Source: Macrostomum lignano
Lineage: Eukaryota
DNA length: 64,000 bases
Reading direction: 5' to 3'
Assembly: GCA_002269645.1 (NCBI GenBank)
Contig: NIVC01000084.1
Coordinates: 372,001 to 436,000, forward strand
The translations under genes were made by a program, and so were the position numbers. Positions 29,597-42,587 of this stretch are shown here, in pieces. A model generated the notes under the pieces. It searched no databases and was not told the DNA's origin. It saw only the letters and a list, made by a program, of their open reading frames with translations. Position 1 is the first letter of the stretch, and each line of letters opens with the position of its first letter.

Positions 29597-31390
29597 CCCG
29601 ATTAGACCTTGGTGTCTCTGAGTCCCGATTAGACCTTTTTGGTGTCTCTGAGTCCTGATTAGACCTTGGTGTCTCTGAGTCCCGATTAGACCTTTTTGGT
29701 GTCTCTGAGTCCTGATTAGACCTTGGTGTCTCTGAGTCCCGATTAGACCTTGGTGTCTCTGAGTCCCGATTAGACCTTTTTGGTGTCTCTGAGTCCCGAT
29801 TAGACCTTGAAGTCTCTGAGTCCCGATTGGACCTTGGTGTCTCTGAGTCCCGATTAGACCTTGGTGTCTCTGAGTCCCGATTAGACCTTGAAGTCTCTGA
29901 GTCCCGATTGGACCTTAGTGTCTCTGAGTCCCGATTAGACCTTGGTGTCTCTGAGTCCCGATTAGACCTTGAAGTCTCTGAGTCCCGATTGGACCTTGGT
30001 GTCTCTGATTCCCGATTAGACCTTGAAGTCTCTGAGTCCTGATTAGACCTTGAAGTCTCTGAGTCCCGATTGGACCTTGGTGTCTCTGAGTCCCGATTAG
30101 ACCTTGAAGTCTCTGAGTCCCGATTAGACCTTGAAGTCTCTGAGTCCCGATTAGACCTTGGTGTCTCTGAGTCCCGATTAGACCTTGAAGTCTCTGAGTC
30201 CCGATTAGACCTTGAAGTCTCTGAGTCCCGATTAGACCTTGGTGTCTCTGAGTCCCGATTAGAAATTTGGTGTCTCTGAGTCCCGATTAGACCTTGAAGT
30301 CTCTGAGTCCCGATTAGACCTTGAAGTCTCTGAGTCCCGATTAGACCTTGAAGTCTCTGAGTCCCGATTAGACCTTGAAGTCTCTGAGTCCCGATTAGAC
30401 CTTGAAGTCTCTGAGTCCCGATTAGACCTTGAAGTCTCTGAGTCCCGATTAGACCTTGAAGTCTCTGAGTCCCGATTAGACCTTGAAGTCTCTGAGTCCC
30501 GATTAGACATTTGGTGTCTCTGAGTCCCGATTAGACATTGGTGTCTCTGAGTCCCGATTAGACATTTGGTGTCTCTGAGTCCCGATTAGACCTTGGTGTC
30601 TCTGAGTCCCATTTAGACCTTGGTGTCTCTGAGTCCCGATTAGACCTTGATGTATCTGAGTCCCAATTAGACATTTGGTGTCTCTGAGTCCCGATTAGAC
30701 CTTGATGTCTCTGAGTCCCGATTAGACATTTGGTGTCTCTGAGTCCCAATTAGACATTTGGTGTCTCTGAGTCCCGATTAGACATTTGGTGTCTCTGAGT
30801 CCCGATTAGACATTTGGTGTCTCTGAGTCCCGATTAGACATTTGGTGTCTCTGAGTCCCGATTAGACATTTGGTGTCTCTGAGTCCCGATTAGACATTTG
30901 GTGTCTCTGAGTCCCGATTAGACCTTGAAGTCTCTGAGTCCCGATTAGACATTTGGTGTCTCTGAGTCCCGATTAAACATTTGGTGTCTCTGAGTCCCGA
31001 TTAGACATTTGGTGTCTCTGAGTCCCGATTAGACCTTGAAGTCTCTGAGTCCCGATTAGACATTTGGTGTCTCTGAGTCCCGATTAGACATTGGTGTCTC
31101 TGAGTCCCGATTAGACATTTGGTGTCTCTGAGTCCCGGTTAGACCTTGATGTCTCTGAGTCCCGATTAGACATTTGGTGTCTCTGAGTCCCGATTAGACA
31201 TTTGGTGTCTCTTAGTCCCGATTAGACATTTGGTGTCTCTGAGTCCCGATTAGACATTTGGTGTCTCTGAGTCCCGATTAGACATTTGGTGTCTCTGAGT
31301 CCCGATTAGACATTTGGTGTCTCTGAGTCCTGATTAGACCTTGGTGTCTCTGGGTCCCGATTAGACCTGGGAGTCTCTGGGTCCCGATTT
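29597..31390. repeat. 27-bp minisatellite (TTGGTGTCTCTGAGTCCCGATTAGACC, with TTGAAG and ACATTTGG variants)
   Basis: About 65 copies with regionally clustered variants. Confidence 0.97.
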
Positions 31391-32245
31391 TGCATATTTT
31401 GCATTCTTCATGTCTTCTATGCGTTCTAAGGCTTAAAGACACTTGGAGACTCCCTATAACTTTAATCGACTCTATATGCATTTGCACTAGCTCGCTGTCC
31501 AGATATTATCCTGCAGCAGTCCATGGACTCGCACGCAAACTATAACTCCACTGTTTGTTCACTGCAGTCAGGACTCGCCCTCGGCTTTAAGCACGGTTGT
31601 GCGGAGCACAGCAGCTAATCTGTGGGAGCAGACTGGTCTAAGCATAGCTAAAGCATAGCTACGAGTATACGGAAGTGGAGGACTTCGCGAGCGCATACCC
31701 GCACTTCTAGCTCGCACGGGTTTACTGTCTGACAGAGCATTAATCCCCTTTGTTAGTTCCTGCAACAAAAATGCTTCTGTCATTTCCTTAAAGCGGAGAG
31801 TTCAATGATTTGAGTAGCCAATAGTTGTAGTCAGACCGCGTTAGAATCTGTGTCGCTCATAAACAGGTCCTTTTTAAGCTCCTTTAATCGCACTACCAAC
31901 CGCTGGACAATTTTTTTCGGGCACACACACCATGCCCTAGTAATTTTAGAGCCCCACGATCCGCTCCTGGCAATAGAGCTTCCTCTCCAGATTGCTGAAT
32001 CTGGATCTCCTTGGCTCAGTACTCAACTCCGGCTCTGACAACTGCTTTTGGCCAATGAGCTTTAGCGCGAGGTCTGGCGCCCCTCAAATCTCACCCTCTC
32101 CCCTACTCCAAACGATCCAGCGGGGGGGGGGATAAAACTGCCCCCACAGGCCGGGCGCTCCCGAGCCCTTGCTGCTGCTGCAACCATTCCTTCAGTCGGT
32201 TTCCTTCAAGCTCCATTGTAGACTCGAAAATTAAAAAGCCAAATC

Positions 32246-32707
32246 ATGGCCAGCGAGAGTGAACAAGTTCTGAAGAAGGTGTTCGACAGCGCCGATGCTA
32301 ACGGCAACGGCACCATCGAGGCCAAGGAGCTGGTGAACCTGATCCGCGCCGCCGGGCACACCATCACCCGAGTTGAGGCCGAAGCTCTCATCAAAGAGTT
32401 CGACAAGAACGAGAACGGCACCCTGGAATTTGGCGAGTTCGTCAACATGATGAACAGCTTCCTGTCCAAGGGTGGGCACCGGCCCCAGTCCGAGAAGGAG
32501 AAGATCTTCCAGCTGCTGGACCAGAACAAGGACGGCGTGATCTCCCTGCAGGAGCTCCGGGCCGTCATGAACGACATCCTGAAGGAGGGCCTCTCCGACG
32601 AGCAGCTGCAGCAGATGCTGAACGAGGCTGACACCGACAAAGACGGTGCCATCAGCTTCGACGAGTTCAACAACATGGCTGCCAAGATGAAGATCTTCCA
32701 CGCCTGA
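32246..32707 (+). CDS. Intronless calmodulin-like protein, four canonical EF hands, 153 aa
   Basis: Loops DANGNGTIEAKE, DKNENGTLEFGE, DQNKDGVISLQE, DTDKDGAISFDE; strong GC3 codon bias. Too diverged to be canonical calmodulin. Confidence 0.95.
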   Translation: MASESEQVLKKVFDSADANGNGTIEAKELVNLIRAAGHTITRVEAEALIKEFDKNENGTLEFGEFVNMMNSFLSKGGHRPQSEKEKIFQLLDQNKDGVISLQELRAVMNDILKEGLSDEQLQQMLNEADTDKDGAISFDEFNNMAAKMKIFHA

Positions 32708-34044
32708 GCAACTACTGACTGATGGCTTGATGAGGCTATGCCCGATTATTATTTGAGCAAACTGAAACTATAAATATTTATAATCTGAAAAAAACTGACT
32801 GCATTGTTAGAAGCTAATGCATTGCTATTCCTATTGCTACTATCATTATTTATACCAATCTGTCACGGCCCTCTAATCCAAAGCTGTCATCACTGTGTTT
32901 GAACTGCTTTTTTGACCAAATCTAAACCTTAAAAATTAATCTCCGTTCTCTCTAATTAACTAAATAAGTCTTATGATTATGAATAATTTTAAATAAATAC
33001 ATTAGTAAACTAGCGACGAATGCTATTTATGGTGGTTGAATCGTTATAACTATAACTATCCTATTAATAAACGACTGTCCTGTTGCAATTCATTTTCGTA
33101 CACCCTGCCAATTTAGGGAGATATGAAACTGTCAGTTTTGATGGCACTGAAATCCCCGTTATCTCACCTACTGAACTTTGAATCCCAAATTATAAAATTG
33201 TCCTCTGTCGGCAAAGGTCCAGACAAAGAATCTAGATCATTGTAATTATACTTTTACCTAGACGCAATAACAAAATATTTTGGCCATTATTTTACAGTTT
33301 TGATGTAGTAGCATAGACATTTGGATTGAAAAAATCATTGCACAGTATTTTTGTTAGTAAATGCATAACAGCAAGGAGTAAATGATCAAAAAGGAAAAAT
33401 CATTAAAACTAAAGTACCAGCTATACGAAAATAGTTCATAATAAATGTCACAGCTAGTGCAGTTCATCAGTTTGTAGTCGAAATTTGACAATGTAAAAAT
33501 CAATTTGTCACCCAAAGTGAAACATGCACAGTTCTCAAAGCCGCAGTTTCCAAAGATGCTCGACACTTTAGCCTGATGATTTGGCACTGCAAAAGGAGTT
33601 GGTCTATTTTGAATGTTTTCTATGAAAGAGAAATACAGGTGCTCAAGTATAGTTGCCGAACATACCATTTGAAAGATGCACGTCTTGGTTGGCTTGCGAC
33701 TGATGAGCTTCGTCTGATGAGCTTCTTTGGTACCGCAGTATCCAAGTTGGTATTCTTTGGAACTGTCGGCTGCTCGAATGAATCGATTGGCCGCTTTCAG
33801 GCATCGTTTATAGCCGTCGAGGCGTTGAAGACTGCATGGTCGCGTTTTCTTCCTAGGTAGCGCCGCACGGCTCGTTCAGTCGTCGACAGGAAGATTTTTT
33901 CAATTAATAAGCGCGGCTGTTTGACGAGATGCACCATAGCCATAGTTGTTTGACAAGACAAATAGCTTTTTCTCCCACTACTCGCTTTCCTGATTTCTTG
34001 CAAGACGCAAGCGAAACCAGCACTGCGATGGATGAGAGCTGCGA

Positions 34045-34450
34045 TGAGAGAAGAAATAAGAGAGAAGATAATACGAGATAAGAAAGGATAGGAAAGAGAT
34101 GAGAAGAGAAAGGAGGAAGGAGAGGAGAGGAGAGATGAGAGGAGAAAGGGGAGAGGAGAAAGGAGAGGAGAGATAAGAGGAGAGAGAAGAGGAGAGAGGA
34201 GGATAGAAAAGATGAAAGGAGAGAGGAGAGATAAGAGATAAGATGAGAGGAAGGAGGAGAGAGGAGTGATAAGATGAGATGAAGGGAGAGAGGAGAGATG
34301 AGAGATAATATGGGAGGAAAGAGGAGAGAGGAGAGAGGAGAGATAAGATGAGAGGAAAGAAGAGAGAGGAGAGATAAGATGAGAGGAAAGAGGAGAGAGG
34401 AGACATGAAAAGACCGAGGAGAGAGGAGAGAACCGAGAAGAAAGATGAAA
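34045..34450. repeat. GA-rich polypurine low-complexity tract
   Basis: Direct reading. Confidence 0.93.
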
Positions 34451-34607
34451 AGATGCGAACCCTGGATTGCTATTGTGAAGTTTCAAAGGACCCGAGGGCC
34501 GGATAGAGAGGCTTCGCGGGCCTTTGCCGACCCTTGGTCGACAGAGACAGGAACAGCTGGAATCTCGCCAGAACTTTGCATTTTATTTTATGCATTTGAC
34601 AAAATCT

Positions 34608-35235
34608 CTGTAATGTAACTGGTGACTCTGTAATGTAACTGGTGACTCTGTAATGTAACTGGTGACTCTGTAATGTAACTGGTGACTCTGTAATGTAACT
34701 GGTGACTCTGTAATGTAACTGGTGACTCTGTAATGTAACTGGTGACTCTGTAATGTAACTGGTGACTCTGTAATGTAACTGGTGACTCTGTAATGTAACT
34801 GGTGACTCTGTAATGTAACTCGTGACTATGTAATGTAACTGGTGACTCTGTAATGTAACTGGTGACTCTGTAATGTAACTGGTGACTCTGTAATGTAACT
34901 GGTGACTCTGTAATTTAACTGGTGACTCTGTCATGTGACTGGTGACTATGTAATGTAACTCGTGACTATGTAATGTAACTGGTGACTCTGTAATGTAATT
35001 GGTGACTCTGTGATGTAACTGATGACTCTGTAATGTAACTGGTGACTATGTAATGTAACTGGTGACTCTGTGATGTAACTGATGACTCTGTAATGTAACT
35101 GGTGACTATATAATGTAACTCGTGACTCTGTAATAGAATTGGGGACTCTAAAATAGAATTGGTGACTCTAAAATAGATTTGGTGACTCTATGATAGTATT
35201 GGTGACTCTAAAATAGAATTGGTGACTCAATTTGG
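34608..35235. repeat. 20-bp minisatellite (TGTAATGTAACTGGTGACTC)
   Basis: Direct reading; degenerates toward the 3' end. Confidence 0.96.
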
Positions 35236-35924
35236 TGACTTTAGGTACAAGTATCGTAAGTGATGCTTCAATTTTTAGGAACTGATGTGTGATGTAGCTG
35301 GGGAATAAAAATAATTGCATCAAAATTCGAAAATTCCTTTTTGTATCCGAGGGGAGCGATACAGCTACCAGCATACGAGTAATGTTGATCGGGTGAACAC
35401 GAGTGGAGCATGAAATATAAAAGTGCAGTACACGCTCTGCTCAAGGGGCAGAGCTGTGCTGCTCCTGGGTAGAACAATAACAAAAAACTCTGGAAGCAGC
35501 AATATTGGTCTCGGATAGCTATAGCTTAACCCGTTGTTGGCTGTGCTAGAAATTTGATAATACGGCGCCAATTCCACCTATCGCTCAAAACTCTGTTTGA
35601 GTCATGCAAACTGGCACACCCAAGCCATGACCCATGCTGCAATTATTGCTGTAGTGTAAAAAAGAATTATAATTTAGTCTCACTTTCACTGCAGGCCACA
35701 GAGAGCTGAGAAACTCTGCATTAGAGCTAGGAACACTGAGCAGCTTTGCTTAGATTAATTGATGAAAATCTTCTCCTACTCAATTGTCTGCTCCAGTTAA
35801 GTCTGGTAAACAGAATGTCAGGCTTGAAACAATGGCCTTATTTCAAGTCATCAGTTTGCTTTCTAGCAAAGCAGCCATCTATCATTAAAGTTTTATGTTC
35901 TATGAACAAAACTGAATCCTACAG

Positions 35925-36215
35925 TCTTCATTATCTATCCTATATTCCTCCTTATCTATCCTATATTCCTCCTTATCTATCCTATATTCCTCCTTATCTA
36001 TCCTATATTCCTCCTTATCTATCCTATATTCCTCCTTATCTAACCTATATTCCTCCTTATCTATCCTATATTCCTCCTTATCTATCCTATATTCCTCCTT
36101 ATCTATCATATATTCCTCCTTATCTATCCTACACTCTTCATTATCTATCATACACTCCTCATTATCTATCCTACTCTCTTCATTATCTATCATACAACCC
36201 TCATTATCAATGCTA
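35925..36215. repeat. 21-bp minisatellite (CTATCCTATATTCCTCCTTAT)
   Basis: Direct reading. Confidence 0.94.
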
Positions 36216-36711
36216 CACTCCTCAATATCTAGCCCAGGACCATTGATCACAATAAGCATATTGTCTTATTATTAAACAAAACCAGTTAAGAGCTTGGCTC
36301 TATAAAACCGACTCAATAATGTTCATGGCAGCCTCCCTATTATGATAGTATCCGAGGCAGCATCCCAGTTCATTGTTGTTCTGTCTCAACCATTCCGGCT
36401 AACTTCAGACCCCAGCACTGCTTAAATATTCAACGCGTTGGACTCAGAAACTGACTCAAACTGGGCCAATGCTGGCCAACTAGGAAACTGCACGATTGGG
36501 GACGTGTTGCCGGACAGGGAAACTGGGGGAGAAGGGAAGCAAATATCCAGTTCGATCCAGCTATAGTTGCCCTGTGGGATGGCTTGAGGGAAAGAATGGT
36601 AAAGAAATGGGAGAATGGGGATAGTAGGAAAAACTTTGGGAGGAATAATAATGCAGCCATTCACTCTCACCCCGGCTTGCAGCGCTTAAATGGAGAGGAA
36701 AATTCTCCCAC

Positions 36712-37293
<582 letters not shown>

Positions 37294-37971
37294 CCTGTGT
37301 GCATTTGAGTCAGCTGACTAAGAGGGCCACACACGTCGCTAGGGTTGCTGGAGCAATATGTTTACAGTGACACTAGCTGTTGGGGAATGCAACAAGCAGC
37401 AAGACAAAAGGAGAGACAGGAAGAGAGAGAGAGTGGTTGAAAGCAGCTGCTTCTAAAAGAAAGAATCCAAAAATGGAACGCCTTTCTTTTATGCGTCTTG
37501 CAAAAAATTGAAGTAAAGAATATGCGCGCACACGCTGCCAGTGTGAGCTGGGAATGATGGCAATAGCGAAAGCAGAAAGCTGACAAACTATAGTATTCAA
37601 CTGTTCAATCGATTTCAACTTCAGTCAAATTTATCTATTTCATTCAGATTGAGACAATTTGCTCAGCAGAAGAGCGAGTCTGAGACCTGTTGGGATTTTC
37701 GGGATTAATTCTTTGCTACATACAACACGGAGGGCTGGTTGTCAGGCTTACCATCTGCTAGCGTCTGTTCGTGTTCCCAGACGAGATAAGAGCTCGCAGC
37801 TTCTTCTAGTAGAAGATTGCACTGGGCCCCGAGAGAAGAGCGGAGCCATGCTGCAATATTTGCTTAGCTGCCTGGCGTTGCAAGTGCTGCACTAGAGAGA
37901 CTGGCGCTGTACCGGAGATGAGATAGTACTCGAGATACTGCTGCTTGCTAAGATCGCCTTTGGTGTGTGGT

Positions 37972-38590
37972 GGGGTAGATATTTGCTGTAGTAGATACAC
38001 TTGTAGTAGGGTAGATATTTGCTGTAGTAGACACACTTGTAGTAGGGTAGATAGTTGCTGTAGTAGATACACTTGTGGTAGGGTAGATAGTTGCTGTAGT
38101 AGACACACTTGTGGTAGGGTAGATAGTTGCTGTAGTAGACACACTTGTAGTAGGGTAGATATTTGCTGTAGTAGACACACTTGTAGGAGGGTAGATATTT
38201 GCTGTAGTAGACACACTTGTGGTAGGGTAGATAGTTGCTGTAGTAGACACACTTGTAGGAGGGTAGATATTTGCTGTAGTAGACACACTTGTAGTAGGGT
38301 AGATAGTTGCTGTAGTAGACACACTTGTAGTAGGGTAGATAGTTGCTGTAGTAGACACACTTGTAGTAGGGTAGATATTTGCTGTAGTAGATACACTTGT
38401 GGTAGGGTAGATATTTGCTGTAGTAGATACACTTGTGGTAGGGTAGATATTTGCTGTAGTAGATACACTTGTGGTAGGGTAGATATTTGCTGTAGTAGAC
38501 ACACTTGTAGGAGGGTAGATAGTTGCTGTAGTAGACACACTTGTAGTAGGGTAGATAGTTGCTGTAGTAGACACACTTGTAGTAGGGTAG
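37972..38590. repeat. 36-bp minisatellite (GGGTAGATATTTGCTGTAGTAGACACACTTGTAGTA)
   Basis: About 17 copies. Confidence 0.96.
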
Positions 38591-38859
38591 CTAGTTGCGG
38601 TACATTAGATACACTCTGGCCCCCTACTCACCGACATACTTATTCCTCTTCCCTGAACTTTGACTCTTAAACTTAAGGAAGACGAACAATGCCCTATAGA
38701 AATTTCGATCATAAACTAGACTATGAGTGGAAATGTTTCATTGCTAGATTTCAAAAATCGTACATCACTTTCGCGAAAAATGTCAACTAAAGTGTCCCTT
38801 TGTGTCTCTTCTGTTCAGAGCCTTGCATGGGATTAATGGAAGAATAGGTGCCACTGGAG

Positions 38860-40375
38860 TTGCTGAGATGCCAAGACTCACGGGGGAAGTTGCTGAGATG
38901 CCAAGGCTCACGGGGGAAGTTGCTGAGATGCCAAGGCTCACGGGGGAAGTTGCTGAGATGCCAAGGCTCACGGGGGAAGTTGCTGAGATGCCAAGGCTCA
39001 CGGGGGAAGTTGCTGAGATGCCAAGGCTCACGGGGGAATTGCTGAGATGTCAAGGCTTTCTGGGGGAATTGCTGAGATGTCAAGGCTTTCTGGGGGAATT
39101 GCTGAGATGTCAAGGCTTTCTGGGGGAAGTTGCTGAGATGCCAAGGCTCACGGGGGAAGTTGCTGAGATGCCAAGACTCACGGGGGAAGTTGCTGAGATG
39201 CCAAGACTCACGGGGGAAGTTGCTAAGATGCCAAGACTCACGGGGGGGGGAGTTGCTGAGATGCCAAGACTCACGGGGGAAGTTGCTGAGATGCCAAGAC
39301 TCACGGGGGAAGTTGCTGAGATGCCAAGACTCACGGGGGGGGGAGTTGCTGAGATGCCAAGACTCACGGGGGAAGTTGCTGAGATGCCAAGACTCACGGG
39401 GGAAGTTGCTGAGATGCCAAGACTCACGGGGGAAGTTGCTGAGATGCCAAGACTCACGGGGGAAGTTGCTGAGATGCCAAGACTCACGGGGGAAGTTGCT
39501 GAGATGCCAAGACTCACGGGGGAAGTTGCTGAGATCCCAAGGCTCACGGGGGGAGTTGCTGAGATGCCAAGGCTCACGGGGGGGGGAGTTGCTGAGATGC
39601 CAAGGCTCACGGGGGGGAGTTGCTGAGATGCCAAAGCTCACGGGGGGAGTTGCTGAGATGCCAAGGCTCACGAGGGGAATTTTTGAGATGTCAAGGCTTA
39701 CTGGGGGAATTGTTGAGATGTCAAGGCTGATGGGGGGAATTGCTGAGATGTCAAGGCTTACTGGGGGAATTGCTGAGATGTCAAGGCTTTCTGGGGGAAT
39801 TGCTGAGATGTCAAGGCTTTCTGGGGGAATTGCTGAGATGTCAAGGCTTTCTGGGGGAATTGCTGAGATGTCAAGGCTTTCTGGGGGAATTGCTGAGATG
39901 TCAAGGCTTTCTGGGGGAATTGCTGAGATGTCAAGGCTTACTGGGGGAATTGCTGAGATGTCAAGGCTTTCTGGGGGAATTGCTGAGATGTCAAGGCTTA
40001 CTGGGGGAATTGCTGAGATGTCAAGGCTTTCTGGGGGAATTGCTCAGATGTCAAGGCTTTCTGGGGGAATTGCTGAGATGTCAAGGCTCATAGGTGAATT
40101 ACTGAGATTTCAAGGCTTTCTGGGGGAATTGCTGAGATATCAAGGCTTTCTGGCGGAATTGCTGAGATGTCAAGGCTTACTGGGGGAATTGCTGAGATGT
40201 CAAGGCTCATAGGGGAATTGCTGAGATATCAAGGCTTTCTGGCGGAATTGCTGAGATGTCAAGGCTTACTGGGGGAATTGCTGAGATGTCAAGACTTACT
40301 GGGGGAATTGCTGAGATGTCAAGGGTCATGGGGGAATTGCTGAGATGTCAAGGCTCATGGGGGAATTGCTGAGAG
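38860..40375. repeat. ~30-bp minisatellite (GGGGGAAGTTGCTGAGATGCCAAGGCTCAC and TCAAGGCTTTCT variant)
   Basis: About 50 copies in two variant blocks. Confidence 0.96.
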
Positions 40376-41152
40376 GCCAAGCATCAAAGAGAGAGAGTTA
40401 GGCTTCGGTCATGACTTAAGGGGAGTTGCTAAGGTGCCATCAATCAATGTGAAATCCTGCAATGCCAAGGCTTAAAGGGGATGCTGATATCTTAGGCTAG
40501 AAAACAGACTTTAAGGGCTTAAGGAGCCGACTTGAAAAATGCCTTTCTTCTCAAAGACTTAACTGAAGCATTTTAATCTTTAAAAACTTTTAAATACGAC
40601 TCATTGTCTGTACAAAGCTTTATACTAGCTCACATGTGAATTTCTCTTTGGAAGCATTTTACTTATACAGAGTCTACAGCGGCCCCGGATTTTAAATCGT
40701 GAGGCATGCTGGCTCAGTCCCTGTACCCTCGATTCGCGTGCGCAATAGCCCAGCAAAAAGTTTAATAGTCCTCCATGATTTGAGGAGGAAATTTTTCCCA
40801 AGCGTATTCGAACTCGTATAAAAAGTGCTCAAAATCCAGAGATTGTGTGGGCTGAATCCCAGGCTGTGCATTACATTTCTGGGTTTCCTGTGTGTGGGTA
40901 ACTGCAATTAATGACGATATTAGGAAGCATAATTGTGAGGTGTGGCTAAAATTCTCTCTTTCTCGCATTTATTGCCAGCATGATCAATTACCTATCGATT
41001 TGTGTAGGCTCATAAGAAAGTTTTCTTTTAGTATTCAATTATCAGAACCCCGGGCCTGAACTATAATTAATCTGACTGTTAAATTGGAATTTACATGATG
41101 ACTGACCTTGTGATCTACGGTGTAATTCTATGTTTTATGTGCCTTAATTAGA

Positions 41153-41200
41153 CACCATGAGGGGCCAACCTCCCAAGGTGCAGAGAGTGTACATGCCTGG
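41153..41200 (+). mobile_element. Fragment of the SINE core (CCATGAGGGGCCAACCTCCCAAGGTGCAGAGAGTGTACATGCCT), truncated
   Basis: Matches the core of the 27120-27480 and 28858-29160 SINEs. Confidence 0.6.
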
Positions 41201-41385
41201 GGCCTATTTCATGAAGCACATGTCGGACAAAATTTACAACTTGACAAATCGACAAGTGACAAAGTGACAAGCGAAATTCGACAAATTACAAGCGCTTCTT
41301 CGGGGGTTTCGTCCATAGACAGCTTTATTTAATCTGTGTATTAAAGTCCAAGAAGAACTCAGAGGCCGTTTTTTAAGCAAGTCTG

Positions 41386-41546
41386 TAAATAATAAACGCC
41401 GTTTAATTCACATTCTGTGATTAGAATGTCCGAGGCTGCGTTTAATGGTCTCGAGGCGAGCGTAGCGAGCCGAAAACCATTGATTGCAGCCGAGGATATT
41501 CTAACCATAGACTATGATGAATTAAACGCGGCGTTTATCATATATT
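41386..41546. mobile_element. Palindromic ~160-bp MITE-like element
   Basis: Nested inverted matches ATAAACGCC(GC)GTTTAATTCA, GAAT.TCC..GGCTGC and AATGGT..CG around the centre GAGGCGAGCGTAGCGAGCC. Confidence 0.6.
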
Positions 41547-41727
41547 AAATTCGATTGCTCCTGATTTCGAGGAGATTATATGATATAATATCCTAGTTTT
41601 TGTTTACCACAGACAACACATTCCCCGGCTCAGAATAGTACAATTTTTTAACGATTAAATAAGCAATCGTATTTTATGTCTAAAACACAGATCCTAAAAT
41701 TGTGGTCTGTGGTCTAAAGGCTGGATC

Positions 41728-42587
41728 CAAAGAGTATTGAGGTCGCCTAGTATAGAGTGCCAATAAGGATGAAAATCTGAAGCCGATTTTTAGAATCCAC
41801 CCACCCCCTCCGGTCACCAAGCTGTTTAGTCTATGGCACAAGTTGTGGCTAGAATGGTGTACAAAGCCGATGCTCAGAAATATAAGACATTTCACACTTA
41901 GAAAATGAAATGTCTCAGACTCAGTCACCAGACTCAGTTGCCGTCGTCGATACACAACTCCGTAACAGCCATGCCATATAGCCCTTACGTCTGAACAACA
42001 AAAGCCATGCCACTAAAGTGCGCGGTAGCTAATTGCAATAACTGCGTTTCTGATGCATCTGTATCCTTCTTTCGTCTGCCTTTCAAGGACGTCGATCGTC
42101 TGAGAGAGTGGCGAGCACGGGTGCCACTAAGATCTGCTGGAGATGTCAAATGGATGCATATCATCAACCATCAGAGATATTGTAATTCGACAAGCCTATC
42201 AGGTTTTTTGCTTTTCCTACTGCTGCACCTTCACTCTGCCTGTTTATCACTTATGTTTTTTGTCTTTCCGACTCTGCTGCAAGTATCCTGCTCAACTTCT
42301 TTTCTCCTTACACAATTCAATCAATGTACGTACGGTTACAGTATAGATACAGAAATAAAGTCTTGAGGACGTTTTAAGCATACATGGTATTCGTCCAGCT
42401 ACATTAGCTACTTGTGTTTTTCTCATGTATATTTCTGAGCATCGGCTTTGGACACCATTCTAGCCACAACTTGTGCCATAGACTAAAAAGCTTGGTGACC
42501 GGATCGGGGGGTGGGTGGATTCTAAAAATCGGCTTCAGATTTTCATCCTTATTGGCACTCTATACTAGGCGACCTCAATACTCTTTG
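41728..42587 (+). mobile_element. Internally deleted P-superfamily-like DNA transposon (860 bp): ~160-bp TIRs starting CAAAGAGTATTG, perfect 8-bp TSD GCTGGATC, THAP remnant
   Basis: 41728-41884 is the reverse complement of 42428-42587. GCTGGATC occurs at 41720-41727 and 42588-42595. The internal ATG at 42007 gives MPLKCAVANC...FFRLP...W. Confidence 0.88.
42007..42200 (+). pseudogene. Truncated THAP zinc-finger coding remnant of a transposase
   Basis: C-x4-C, FFRLP and the conserved W are present. The terminal C-x2-H-F is not recognisable and the downstream ORF is low quality. Confidence 0.7.

Noticed and set aside
29597-31390. CRISPR-like regular 27-bp repeats (also the 36-bp array at 37972)
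   Set aside because: Head-to-tail units with no unique spacers, no cas genes, and a eukaryotic context.
32206-32701. Minus-strand ORFs 32206-32685 and 32231-32701, and 45631-45958
   Set aside because: Antisense shadows of the GC3-rich calmodulin-like genes.
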